DNA of 63,885 nucleotides, filler included, from Basidiobolus ranarum (GCA_040143965.1; 31 parts of 31 records of this genome joined end to end with filler, not necessarily neighbours in it); one strand, 5' to 3'; shown: positions 1 through 12,047, counted from the whole stretch's first letter. The notes: generated by a model from the letters alone, not told the origin. Numbers and translations are program-made.

Positions 1-1130
1 AAAAATAAAATCAATTTGATCTGGATTGTATCCACCCTCTAAAATAGCAAAACCATCAGAGAACCATCATAATATTGCTGGCTTGCATTCTGCCAGGGAT
101 TTTGATGGTGTGACAGCAGTTTCTTGATGGTATTTGTACATGTTAAAACATTGATCCTCAAATTTGGCATGCATTATTCAACATCTGGCAATTTTTGAAA
201 AAAGCATTTTTGAATGGCAAATTACTGGGTTTACTACTGTAGGAATTTGATTTAATATGCATGCCTTTTTTAAGATATTTTAAGCTTTGTATTCAACCCA
301 TAATGAGAACTAAAAAATACAAGAATCTTGTTGTGTTTAGTCTCTACATATGCACATACTTGACAGATTAGACATAACTCAGCAACATCAATATGCTTTA
401 CCAGCAAACTAAAGGTAGAAAAATTGCTAAACATCTGAAATTTTGAATAGCACTGACACTTGGCAAATAGCTCACTCATGTTACTATTTGCAATGAGAAT
501 AAGCTCTTAGATTTTGGCAAATTTCCATAAAGAATTTAGCCAAAAATCCCCAACTTGCAGTTAACAAAGTCCTACCACTAGATGTGTCATTGCTTGAATA
601 GATTACCCCATGGCTAAAACAATAGTACTGTGTATCTGGATCTATCTCACCAAGAAGTCTGTCTTGCATCTTTCACAGAAATACCATCAGTTTATTACAC
701 ACACAAATTAGTTCAAATTATAGAGGTACTTACTCTATGTCCATGGATTGGGCTTTGTTACTGTTATTATGTTCATGCAGTGCAAAAACCCATGAGCGCA
801 TTGAAAAGAGCCCTTTCTTAGAAAGTTAACACACTCTGAAGTCTCCTTAACCTATTGCATTACATCCATCACTGATTTTGCTTATACATTGTTAATCAGA
901 TTGCCATATGGTAATACTAACAATTTCACACAGAGCATCATTTCACTGCAGTTGCACTCCATTGGGAACTCTTAGCAAGGGCCTAAAATCTCTAGGCATT
1001 GTGAAAGATGCAGCAGGGAATGTATCAAGCACCAATATAGATTCAGTCTATCTTCTTTAAACCTGTAACAAAGTTTTTCATATCCAATTACAAAATCTTT
1101 GCACAGTCACTGTATTTGTCATCATTCTGA
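1..1130 (-). mobile_element. CACTA/EnSpm element: degenerate 3' part of transposase plus right subterminal region (TIR clipped at window start)
   Basis: Minus strand gives LIHSLLHLSQCLEI.GPC..FPMEC, the HxLLH...GP...FPME transposase C-terminal motif, with stops. Bases 1-150 match the CCCTAACAAAAAT terminus seen at 4745, 5925, 26420 and elsewhere. Confidence 0.85.
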
Positions 1131-1972
1131 TCTTGGCATACTCTTCCACTGCAAATAGAACTCTTCTATTACTAGATTATGACATCATATCTGCTGTGCT
1201 ATCCTTTCTTGGCAATCTTGTGTTAGTTCATCCAGTTTACCATATATGGAAGTCATGTTCTTTGGAACATTCCATAAAACCTAACCAATCATGTCATCCC
1301 ATACATAGTGTATTTCCACAAAGACCTTCCATGGAAGGTTGCCTGATGATCCTTACATCATCTCTCTTGGTATTGGTCCTTATAGTCCCCAACACCCTGA
1401 CACTTGAACTTGCCACAGTATATTCCCTATTCATTATATTATGTTTCAACCTGCAATATCTGTATAAGCCTCATATATTCCTTGAACAGACCTCAGTCTG
1501 ATCAATGCCAGTCATCAATAAAGATTCTTGCCAAAGTATCTTCCCTGTCCAGTCTTGTCTTGTCTTGTGGTCTATACCAAAGTACTCTCCTGCCTTCCAG
1601 CCTCTAGCTGTTGTTTCCAGTCCTTGTCCAGTTCCATATTGTGACAGTTTGATCAGACTACTTACACTTGCCTGTAGACTACTCTCCATCCCTGTTCTCC
1701 AACCTTGAAACCCCCAAGGTCAGCTTCCCTCTTGCTACTCATCTTTCCAAAGCTTCCCAACTAAGGCACAGGTACCTTCCACCTTTGGATAATTGCTCTA
1801 AGTGCATCCCTGTCAAGACACTACTGGTTGAGTTTACAGTTGTTTTTGATCACAGAAGCTTTAGTACTTGATCAAGATCAAAGGACATTGATACCAGCAT
1901 ATTCTTTTGTCAAGGCACCAATTATTTCTTCGACAGAAAGTTGGACATTGCATTGTGATTATCATTCCTAGA
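1131..1972 (+). mobile_element. CpG-depleted decayed repeat, possibly the 3' zinc-knuckle region of a LINE
   Basis: Almost no CpG. ETPKVSF...LRHRYLPPLDNCSKCIPVKTL weakly resembles the zf-RVT region. Weak support. Confidence 0.25.
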
Positions 1973-2072
1973 NNNNNNNNNNNNNNNNNNNNNNNNNNNN
2001 NNNNNNNNNNNNNNNNTTAATTAATTAANNNNNNNNNNNNNNNNNNNNNNNNNNNNNNNNNNNNNNNNNNNN
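1973..2072. other. Artificial contig linker N44-TTAATTAATTAA-N44 (first of 30)
   Basis: Identical 100-bp spacers start at 1973, 4045, 6116, 8187, 10258, 12328, 14397, 16465, 18533, 20600, 22667, 24733, 26799, 28864, 30928, 32992, 35056, 37120, 39182, 41243, 43304, 45364, 47424, 49484, 51543, 53601, 55659, 57716, 59773 and 61830. The core has stops in all six frames. Confidence 0.99.
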
Positions 2073-2238
2073 ATGTTAAAACTGCCTTTTTGAATGGTGA
2101 GCTTGCTGAGGAGATCTATATGGACCAGCCAGACGGATTTGTGGACCCAGAAAACCCTAAAAAAGTTTGCAGACTCCGGAAAACACTCTATGGCTTAAAA
2201 CAATCTCCAAGAGCTTGGAATAGCAAGATAGATGCTTT
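2073..2238 (+). mobile_element. Ty1/Copia reverse transcriptase fragment
   Basis: [55 protein letters not shown]. Confidence 0.92.
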
Positions 2239-2496
2239 TTTATGTATTTTTGATATATCCTAGTAATATTATGTGTTGCTACATAAGAAGGTTATTGTGG
2301 AAAAAAGCACACCTCCTACATAAGGGTTGTATTTTAGGTAAAGCTCATCAATATCATCAGCTGATCCTGAGACAGTATCACAGACAAGTCATCAGGATAT
2401 TTACTAGATATTTGTAGTAATGGATGGCAATTTTGGCTTATTGTAAGCTGTTTCTAAGCAATTTCATTACACCAAGTTTGCCATCTGAAAATTTCA

Positions 2497-4044
2497 ATGC
2501 CATTCAAAAAGCGTTCAAAATCCGAATTAAAATTGGCTTCCAAGCCAGAGCCTGCTGGCATGAGAGGAAAAAAACCAGCAAGAACCAAGGACTCAATTGA
2601 TGGGCAGTCTAGCAATGGACTATCCACTTTGAAAGGCATTGATATGCCAGAAACTAACTCAAGTAATGATGAAACATTGATCAATTTACCAGATGTGTTC
2701 CTTACCTGCAATAGTGCTATGGAAGTGATTGTAATCCCCCAATTAGACAGTAAGTCAATAGTTGAGCAAAGTTCAACCAAAACACCATCAAGAGCATCAA
2801 CTACCAAAATGGTTACTTTGCCCACTATTGAACAACCCTCTGTAAAAAATTTGGATAGAATTATTACAACAAATAAATTGCTAGCAGGACACTGTAATGA
2901 TTTGTATGAAATCATAAGTAAAGACTCCAAGGTTGCTATATAGGCCATGACAAGCCATAATGCCACAATATTGCAAATAATGCAGTGTTTGGAAGTAACT
3001 AGTCAACATTCAGAGAGTCACTCAACAATGATACAAGACCTTCAGAATGCTGTACTTGAGCTACAGCAGAATGCTGCTAACTCTATCCATTTGCATATGA
3101 TATTTCAATCAATACCACACCACACAAATGAAAGTCACTGTGACAATCTAGCAGAGCAGAATTTGTGTTGGACCATTAAGCAAGACAATGACCCAAATTT
3201 GCTTAGGCACATGAAAGTAGATATCACATTAGAAAACTGGCAAACCAAATACTCTGAATGACAGAGCTGCCATCACATGCTCTGATGATGATTGGTTTAA
3301 CATTTTGGAAACTGTATGGAATCTTGCCCAAAATCACATGGATTTGAGCCAATTGAGGAAAAACCAAAAATCAGATGTCACTCTGAAGGTTCTTAATTTA
3401 TTTCATGTCACTTATCATGGGTTTTTGCAAGTAAATGGCAATTTGGCTAACATAGGCCTATATATGTAACATCTCAAAAATGTACGCAATTATTGCTTGG
3501 AAAAAAATGAAAAGCAGCTAAAGCAGTACTCAAGGAGCAAGAAGTTAGTAAACCCAAGGGAAAAGCAAAGGAGCCATTGAGTTTGGTCTCTACAGTTTCA
3601 CCTACCATATTCTTCACACCATGACAAAGATCTGCATTTCCAGAGTGAGATATACTGGCAAAAAAGCTTAATTTCACCATTGGACTTGCTCCATTGTGCC
3701 ATGATTTATTGGACCTTGGATCAATATATTAAAGTAAATGTGATTGTAATTGATCATGCCAGAGGGTGATGGACAGTGCCAAATTGTGCCACATAAATTT
3801 TAGAATACTTTATCCAATATGCTATATACAGCACAATCCGGCACATTCACAGAGAACAAGTCAATTGAACCAGGTGCACCAGTTGGAAGAGTGCTAAATT
3901 GGAAGTTTATCCAGCACCTGGCACCTCTGAACAAGCCAAAACACCAGCAAATAAAGCTCATGGCTCTCCAATCTCAATTGATACTCTTCAAAGTGTTGAA
4001 ATTAGCCCAAAGTTAAAGGCAAGCAAAAAGCCGCACAAACACCA
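2497..4044 (+). pseudogene. CACTA second gene (ORF-X), decayed copy
   Basis: MPFKKRSKSELKLASKP... is interrupted by TAG at 2941 (CAG in other copies) and by frameshifts. Homologous copies lie at 5791-5924, 6216-7240, 12428-14331, 45566-46529 and 59873-60943. Confidence 0.75.
3683..3862. mobile_element. 180-bp MITE-like insertion in ORF-X
   Basis: Absent from the ORF-X copies in contigs 4 and 7. Ends GACTTGCTC...GAACAAGTC are inverted repeats, flanked by CATTG/AATTG. Confidence 0.55.
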
Positions 4045-4144
4045 NNNNNNNNNNNNNNNNNNNNNNNNNNNNNNNNNNNNNNNNNNNNTTAATTAATTAA
4101 NNNNNNNNNNNNNNNNNNNNNNNNNNNNNNNNNNNNNNNNNNNN

Positions 4145-4744
4145 GTAGTATTGGAATCTTGTTTAATAGTAAGTGCATTGTGTCTGATGGGAAGCTCTGG
4201 CTCCAGCTGATCCCCTTTAGCAATATAGTCTTAGGCTTACAGCTAGTATCAAGTTTGATGTTAGACTGACCTGTTGGTCAATTGATATCAGTGATTATAT
4301 TGAAATCTGGCCCGGTTGTTGATGGTAAAATCATGGGGTTTGGTGTTATTTTTGGACAGTAGTAATGCATATGCCTGATAGAGTTAACTCCATTGATTTG
4401 ACAAAAGCTACAGCAAGATAGTGCATTGTGCCTGCAAAAACCTCCAAGTTTACTGATAGCAGGAGTATCACCAATACATATAATAATATTAGCATTAATA
4501 AAATAGTTACCCATCTGAGCCATATTAGATAACCATTTAAAATTCCACAATCAAGGGTTCCAAGAAGCTATCTATAAGCACTGGTGATTTAGGTCCAGAT
4601 AAGATGGAAAGTATCAAAATATTATGCCTCTTATACCATTCAGAAAGTGGAAGATTTAAGTCAATTAAAATTATTGGCCTACAAGCCCTTCCAATGGTAT
4701 ATTTGTTTAGCAATAAGCCATCCAGAGCCAATGCAAATGCATGA
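4145..4744 (-). mobile_element. CACTA Tnp2 (Transposase_21-type) core, degenerate
   Basis: ALALDG...PIILIDLNLP...GPKSPVLIDSFLEPLIVEF...IGDTPAISKLGGFCRHNALSCCSFCQINGV. Confidence 0.9.
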
Positions 4745-5790
4745 CCCTAACAAAAATAAAATCAATTTGAGCCAAATTGGATCCAGCCTCCAAAGTAGCC
4801 AAACCATCAGAGAACCATCAAAATATTGGTTGCTTGCTATCTGCCAGGGATTTAGATGGTGTGACAGCAGTTTCTTGACGGTATCTTGATGGTATTCATA
4901 CATGTAAAAAAATTTTCCTCATATTTGGCATGCTTTATTCAATATCTGGCAATTTTTGCAAAAATCTGATTTGTGAATGGCAAATTACTGAGTTTAATGC
5001 TGTAGGAATTTGAATTAATTTATATGCCTTTATTTAGATATTGTGGGTTTTGTATTCCAGTCATAATGAGAATCAAAAAATACAAGTATCTTGTTGTGTT
5101 TAGTCTCTACATATGCACATATTTGACAGATTAGACATAACTCAACAACATCAATATGCTTTACCAGCAAACTAATGGTGAAAAATTTGCTAAACATCTG
5201 AAATTTTGAATATCACTGACACTTGGCAAATAGCTGACTCTTGTTACCATTCACAATGAGAATAAGATCTTGGATTTTGGCAAATATCAATAAAGAATTC
5301 AGCCAAAATATCCCCAACTTATAGTAAACAAATGTCCTGCCACATGTAGATGTGTCATTGCTTGAATAAAGTAGCCCATGGTTAAAACAATAAAGTTGCA
5401 TATCTTGATTTATCTCACCAAGAAGTCTGTCTTGCAGCTTTGCTAAAAATACCATCAGATTATCATACCAACAAACGAGTCTAAATCAAGCGGTACTTAC
5501 TCTGTGTCCATAGATTGGGCTTTGTTGCTGTGATTGTGCTCAAACAATGCAATGACCCATGAGCTCATTGAAAAGAGCCCTTTGTTGGAAGGTTGATATA
5601 CTCTGGAGTCTCCTTAACCCATTGGATTGCATCCATCATTGATTTTGCTGATACATTGATAATCAGATTGGCATATTGTAACACTGACAATATCACACAG
5701 AGTATTATTTCACACCAGGTGCACTCCATCGGGAACTCCCAGAATGTATAGCAATGGCCTGTAACCTCTAAGCATTGTGCAAAATGCAGC
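4745..5790 (-). mobile_element. CACTA right end (TIR at 4745) plus transposase 3' region, nested in another copy
   Basis: CCCTAACAAAAATAAAATC abruptly interrupts the host transposase at HAFAL. Confidence 0.88.
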
Positions 5791-5924
5791 AGGAAGGAAA
5801 AAAACCAGCAAGAATGGAGGACTCAATTAATGAGCAGTCTAGCAAACCACTATCCACTTTGGAAGGCATTAACTTGCTGGAAACTAACTGAAGTAACAAT
5901 GAAGCATTAATCAACTTACCAGAT

Positions 5925-6115
5925 CCCTAACAAAAATAAAATTGATTTGATCCGGATCGGATCCACCCTCCAAAATAGCAAAACCGTCAGAGAACCGTCA
6001 CAATATCGTTGGCTTGCATTCTGCCAGGGATTTTGATGATGTGACGGCGGTTTCTTGACGGTATCTTGGCGGTATTCATACATGTTAAATTATTGATCCT
6101 CAAATTTGGCATGCG
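5925..6115 (-). mobile_element. CACTA right end, CpG-rich (young-looking) copy inserted in an ORF-X fragment (5791-5924)
   Basis: TIR CCCTAACAAAAAT. Retains 9 of the 11 CpG sites seen in the 37220-37384 copy. Confidence 0.9.
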
Positions 6116-6215
6116 NNNNNNNNNNNNNNNNNNNNNNNNNNNNNNNNNNNNNNNNNNNNTTAATTAATTAANNNNNNNNNNNNNNNNNNNNNNNNNNNNN
6201 NNNNNNNNNNNNNNN

Positions 6216-7514
6216 TCATAATCTAATAACAGAAGAGTTCTATTTGCAGTGGATCAGTATGCCGTGATCAGAATCATGACAAAGCCTACATATCAACCCC
6301 AAATTGCTTGGGAACATAAAAGTAGAAATCTCATAGGAAAACCAGCAAACAAAAAGACTCTGAAAGTCAGAGCAGCTGTCACTTGCTCTGATGATGAATG
6401 GTTTAACATATTGGAAACCATGCAGAATCTGCCCAAAATAACCTTAATTGGAGCTATCCATGCAAAAAAAATGACCAGGCAGTACTTACTATGTTCATCA
6501 CTTGTTTTGTGTGGCTTACCCTGGGTTTTGCAATCAAATGGTAATTGGGCTGGTATAGGCCTAATCATGAAATATCTCCAAAATATGAGCAATTATGAAC
6601 TTGGAAAAGAAAGAAAAGCAGCTAAAGATTTACTCAAGATGCAGGAAGTCAATAGACCTAATGGAAGAGCAAAGAAGGCAGTAATATCAAGCTCCACTGT
6701 CTGACTTTTCAAATTTTTACATCATGATAAGAATCTGTATTACCAGAGTTTGATATATTAGCGAAAAGGTGTGCTTTTACCTTGCAATCAAATGCACAAG
6801 TTGGAAGAGTGCCAGAGGGGAAGTTTACTAAACATTTGACATTGCTTCATAGAGCTAAAACACTGATAAACAAGACTCCTGTCTCTTTAACATCAACTGG
6901 TACTCTTCAAAGAATTGGAATTGGCCCCCAGACTAAAGGTAAACCAAAAGCCACCCAAACACCACAAAGCACACTTAGTAGTGTCACATAAGGATGTATA
7001 AAAAAGATAAGAGTGCTTGAAGAACATTTTTGCAAGTGTGAAGGGAAAATGGCAGTGCAAGTATGAACTTTAGTCTGGTTTAGTCTGTGCAGATATCTGG
7101 GAAAAACTTAATGCAGAGTGGCACAATATTGTAGGATATCCACCAGATTTTTGGAAGATTGTTTATTCAGCTACTTTAAATACTATGGTGGACTGTGATT
7201 GATATATTGATACATTCTGGTGCTTGATAGGAGCTAAAAGTTAGGTATGAAGAACACCATAAAGACATTTGGGAGAATACATTCAATAAACCAGGGATTT
7301 TGGTGGTGACAAATAAATTCATGGTTTTTGGAGATGGTAGCCAACCATGTGCAACTGTTTTGTGAGATACTGATATTTCACTCCTGAACCTGAGAAAATT
7401 GATTAAAGTGAAAACTAACTTGACAATTTTATGACAGTAAATAATTAGCTAATCCAAAATGGATTAATATATAAAAGTTTTATTATAGTAACAATCCTCA
7501 AATTTCTGTTAGGG
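6216..7514 (+). mobile_element. CACTA ORF-X 3' half running into the left TIR (...AATTTCTGTTAGGG at 7514)
   Basis: GKPANKKTLKVRAAVTCSDDEWFNILETMQNL... The terminal 150 bp match 31028-31195 and 55496-55658. Confidence 0.8.
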
Positions 7515-8186
7515 TCAAAAAGTTCATTAACCTTGCATCAAAGGGCTCTTTTCAATATGCTCATGGGTTTATGTATAGTCTGGGTAAGGCAACAGCAACA
7601 AATCTCAACCATAGACAGAGTAAGAGCCTCTTAGTTTTGAACTATTTTGTTCTTGTAAAAATATACTGGTATAGCCAAGGAACCTGAACAACAGATTTCT
7701 TAGTAAGATAGATCAAGATACAGAGTTTTACTGTTTTAGCTGTGGGACAATCTATTTAAGAAACAACCCTTCAACTCATGTAAGGACATTTGTTGATGGC
7801 AAACTGGGGTTATTCAGGTAGAATTTTCAGCTATTTTCTAAGTGTCACAGCTATTCCAAATTTAAGATGTTCAGCAATTCTTGACCATCAGTTTGCTGGC
7901 AAAGCATATTAACTTTGGTGAGTTATATCTAATCACTCAGGTATGTGCACATGTAGAGACCTGCACTCAATGAGATTTGTGAATTTTTGGATTCCCATTG
8001 TGGTAGGAATATAAGCTCTAGAGTATCTGAATAAAGGCATGCATATTAGTTTGAGCTCCTATAGCAGTCAACCCAGTAATTTCTCAATAAAAAGTTGGCT
8101 TTTTTCTAAAATCATAGAATATTAAAATAAACTTGACAAATTTTGAGGATCAATATATAAGCATGTGTGATTATCTTCACAATATT
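7515..8186 (+). mobile_element. Diverged CACTA transposase 3' region
   Basis: Plus-strand homologue of 160-830 (aaagggctcttttcaat...gtttgctggcaaagcatatt). Confidence 0.75.
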
Positions 8187-8454
8187 NNNNNNNNNNNNNN
8201 NNNNNNNNNNNNNNNNNNNNNNNNNNNNNNTTAATTAATTAANNNNNNNNNNNNNNNNNNNNNNNNNNNNNNNNNNNNNNNNNNNNCAAAAAATCATCAT
8301 GTCCGATTGTGGTGGGATAGTGCCATATTGTTCCTTATAGTGTCCAATCAAGTGTTATAGGACCCAGCCATGGTAACTGACATATTGCGCCAGATGATGT
8401 ACTAGCAGGCTGGATCAAGCGGCACAATCTGACCTGATCCGATGGAACAAGTCT

Positions 8455-9320
8455 AATATACCATGTCTAGGAATCCTTGTTGGTAGTCATAGATAGAGCA
8501 GATAGGAACAAGTTATCTTCTGTTGTAACCACATTTCCAGATTTGGTATGTTTTTCATCTTTTACAATTCTTTTAAAGAAATCTTTACTTAAATGGGTAG
8601 TTATTTACAGTAATCACAGAATGTGTTGCTTTTCTTCTTAAAGTGCTTTTGACCTTTGTCAAAAGGTTTGCCATAGCCTACTAGAGCATTTTCTTCATTC
8701 TTTTGATTGGATCCTGATTTGTTTATATCTCAACCCAAAAGTCAGCCAAATATAATATTTAAGGCCAAATTTTCAGTTCTTGATTCTAGAGCCATTACTA
8801 AGCTCTGAAACTCATGTGGCAGGCTACTAGAACTGTAACTACAATATCTTGATCAGTAGTAGGTACTCCAATGCATTCCATTTCATCCACTAAAATAGTA
8901 ACTCTATTATTTAGTGATTTAATGTCTTCTCCTGGCTTCATCTTTAAGTTAAAGAATTGTCTTCTTAAAACATCTTGTTGGCAGCAGAACCTGTTTGGTA
9001 AGGGACTTCCAAGGCTTTCCAAATCTTCTTGGCATTTTTAGCTCTTCAATATTGTATTAGCAATTTATCTTTAACATTAAGACAAATTGTGTTAAAGGCA
9101 CTTTGTTCTTTTCTAACCTGGAGTAAAACTTTGGTTTCAGATAGTTTTCATTGTTTTCTTCTCCTACATCAGTGTCCTAAAGTTCTTTTTCTTGCAGCAG
9201 AAGTTTTGTTTTAATTTTCCAAGCTTGTTGATTGGTTCCATCTAATTTTTCAGCAGAGGGAAAAGTTCCATAAATATGAGAAGTAGACATTACAGAGAGT
9301 GCAAGCTTGGTCTCTGAACC
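8455..9320 (-). mobile_element. Ty1/Copia gag to protease start, degenerate
   Basis: LRRQFFNLKMKPGEDIKSLNNRV..LVDEMECIGVPTTDQDIVVTVL, CDYCK knuckle and TWYI. Directly follows an LTR. Confidence 0.8.
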
Positions 9321-9573
9321 TGTCAAAGTATTTGGAAGCCTGTTGGAAGTGGTCTGGAGAATTAGAGAAATTGTTGGTTTTCACTAATTGATTTATTGCG
9401 TATTCTGTTGACAGTTCTATTTTTGTCAAAATATAAGGGTTAGGGATAGGGTAACCTAACCCCTACCCCATTCTAACACCTAGAATGTGTTAAGAAAGGT
9501 CCTAGGAACATGTGTGCAAAGTTTGGGGCTATTAGCACAAGTTTGAACAATGTATATAACTGAGAACTGCTGA
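9321..9573 (-). repeat. Copia LTR family A (3' part), interrupted by a CACTA end
   Basis: TGTCAAAGTATTTGGAAGCCTGTTGGAAGTGG... also occurs at 17847, 18295, 22877, 26061, 57196 and 62841. Confidence 0.85.
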
Positions 9574-10257
9574 CCCTAAAAAAAATCAAATCAATTTGAT
9601 CCTGATTGAATCCACCCTCTGAAATAGCAAAACCATCAGAGAACCATCACAATATTGTTGGCTTGCATTGTGCCAGGGATTTTGATGGTTTGACGGCAGT
9701 TTCTTGACAGTATCTTAATGGTATTTATACATGTTAAAATATTGATCCTCAAATTTGGCATGCATTATTCCATATCCAGCAATTTTTTCAAAAATATAAT
9801 TTTTGAATGGTAAATTACTGGGTTTACTGCTGTAGGAATTCAAATTAATATGTATGCCTTTATTTAGATATTTTAGGCTTTGTATTCCAGCCATAATGAG
9901 AATCAAAAAATACAAGAATCTTGTTGTGTTTAGTCTCTACATATGCACATATTTGACTGATCAGACATAACTCAACAACATCAATATGCTTTACCAGCAA
10001 ACTAACGGTGGAAAAATTGCTAAACATCTGAAATTTTGAATAGCACTGACACTTGGCAAATAGCTGACTCTTGTTACTGTTCACAATGAGAATAAGCTCT
10101 TGGATTTTGGCAAATTTCCATAAAGAATTCAGCCAATATATCCCCAACTTGCAGTCAACAAATGTCCTGCCACAAGTAGATGTGTCATTGCTTGAATAGA
10201 TTACCCCATGGCTAAAACAATAATACTGTGTATCTCCATCTATCTCACCAAGAAGTC
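9574..10257 (-). mobile_element. CACTA right end plus transposase C-terminus
   Basis: CCCTAAAAAAAATC terminus. ORF 9860-10147 is homologous to 270-479. Confidence 0.88.
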
Positions 10258-10357
10258 NNNNNNNNNNNNNNNNNNNNNNNNNNNNNNNNNNNNNNNNNNN
10301 NTTAATTAATTAANNNNNNNNNNNNNNNNNNNNNNNNNNNNNNNNNNNNNNNNNNNN

Positions 10358-11345
10358 CAATGATCTCTTGTTTTATAAGAAGCGCCTTTACATTCCAGAC
10401 CACACTTCTAGACTCAAAATCATGCAGGAAAGACATGACTCACCACTAGCAGGACACTTTGGTGTTGCCAAATCATAAATGTTGGCATCCAGGGATTATT
10501 GGTGGCCCAAAATGTTTGCATTTGTCAAGACTGATGTTTCCACCTGTGATACTTATGCTCATGTGAAGACTCCAAGACACCAGCCCTATGGCCTCCTGCA
10601 GCCACTTCCAATTCCTGATCAACAGTTGAAATCCATATCCCTGGATTTCATAACTGATCCACCCATGTCTGCCAAATATGATTCAATTCTGGTAATTGTT
10701 GACCATCTAACAAAGATGGCCCACTCTGTGCCCTGCAACAAGTCAATTGATACAAAACAAACAGCAGAATTGGTAACTCAAAACATCTTCCACCTACCTA
10801 GACTCCCTGAAACTATCATCTCTGACCAAGGACCTCAGTTTGGTCTCTCCACTGCCTTCCATCCCCAATCTAATGGCCAAACAGAAAGAGTCAATCAAGT
10901 TTTGGAACAATATTTGCAATCCACTATCAACTATAATCAAGATAATTGGACACAACTCTTGCCTCTTGCTGAAATCGCTTACAACAACACTTATCATACC
11001 TCAACAAAGCAAACTCCTTTCTTTGCAAATTATGGATTCCATCCTTGTTTCACAATTCACCCATCATCCAATCTCCCTTGCTCTGCTGCCTCAGACCATG
11101 CCACTTTCCTTAAGGACATCTATAAACAGTTAATATCCGAGTTGGAACATGCTCAATCCCAATACAAGAACTTTGCTGATAAGAAAAGAAGTCCAAGCCC
11201 AGATCTCAAGCCAGGAGATTATGTTTGGCTACTCCGGAAAAATATCAAAACCACTAGACCTTGTGATAAATTTGATCATAAAAGACTAGGGCCTTCCAAG
11301 ATTATTAAGCAAATCAATTCAGTAGCCTTCCACCTTGAACTCTCA
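10358..11345 (+). mobile_element. Ty3/Gypsy integrase, degenerate
   Basis: HDSPLAGHFG...YWWP...SISLDFITD...ILVIVDHLTKMAH...SDQGPQF...STAFHPQSNGQTERVNQVLEQYL. Confidence 0.95.
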
Positions 11346-12047
11346 GCTAATCAAGTCAAGGGATGTGGAACTTGCTGAAGAAGAAAAAAGTTCAATCAAA
11401 ACAATCCAGGATCAAGAAATACAACCAAATATTGATGAAAAATCTTTGTTCTCTCACCAGATCCTGATCAGTGAGAAAGGCATTGAAACTCTTGACCTGC
11501 AGTCTCCTCAACCAAGCCTGAGGTAGTTATATTGCCTAAACTGGTACCAGAAGTTGTAGTACCAACTTCCCATCTTAGGAGACCCAATTGGATGAGATCT
11601 CTGCCTGATTACTACCCACACACTAGCCAAAAGAAGAATAGTGCTAATTTAGCCTTTTCTGATGAACCCAAATCAGTAAAGGAGGCTATGGAGAGTCCCA
11701 ACACAAAGTTTTGGAGTGCTGCAATGGCAGAAGAGTATCACTCACTTATAGATAACCAAACTTGGACTTTGGTTACATTACCTGATGACTGAAAATCAAT
11801 TGGATGCAAATAGATGTTTAAAGTTAAGCAGCAAGCTGATGGATTTGTAGAAAGATACATAGCCAGACTTGAGGCTAAAGGATACTCTCAATTGGATGAA
11901 GTGGACAACAAAGAAACATTTGCTCCTGTAGCAAAGTTTAATTCCATCAGAACAATACTAGCAGTGGCAACAAGACACGGCTTAAAAATTCATCAAATGG
12001 ATATTAAAACTGCTTTTTTGAATGGGGACTTGGAAAAGGATATATTC
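11346..12047 (+). mobile_element. Ty1/Copia post-integrase linker and RT N-terminus, degenerate
   Basis: DEPKSVKEAM...WSAAMAEEYHSL..NQTWTLV...ERYIARLEAKGYSQ...ETFAPVAKFNSIR...QMDIKTAFLNGDL. Confidence 0.93.
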
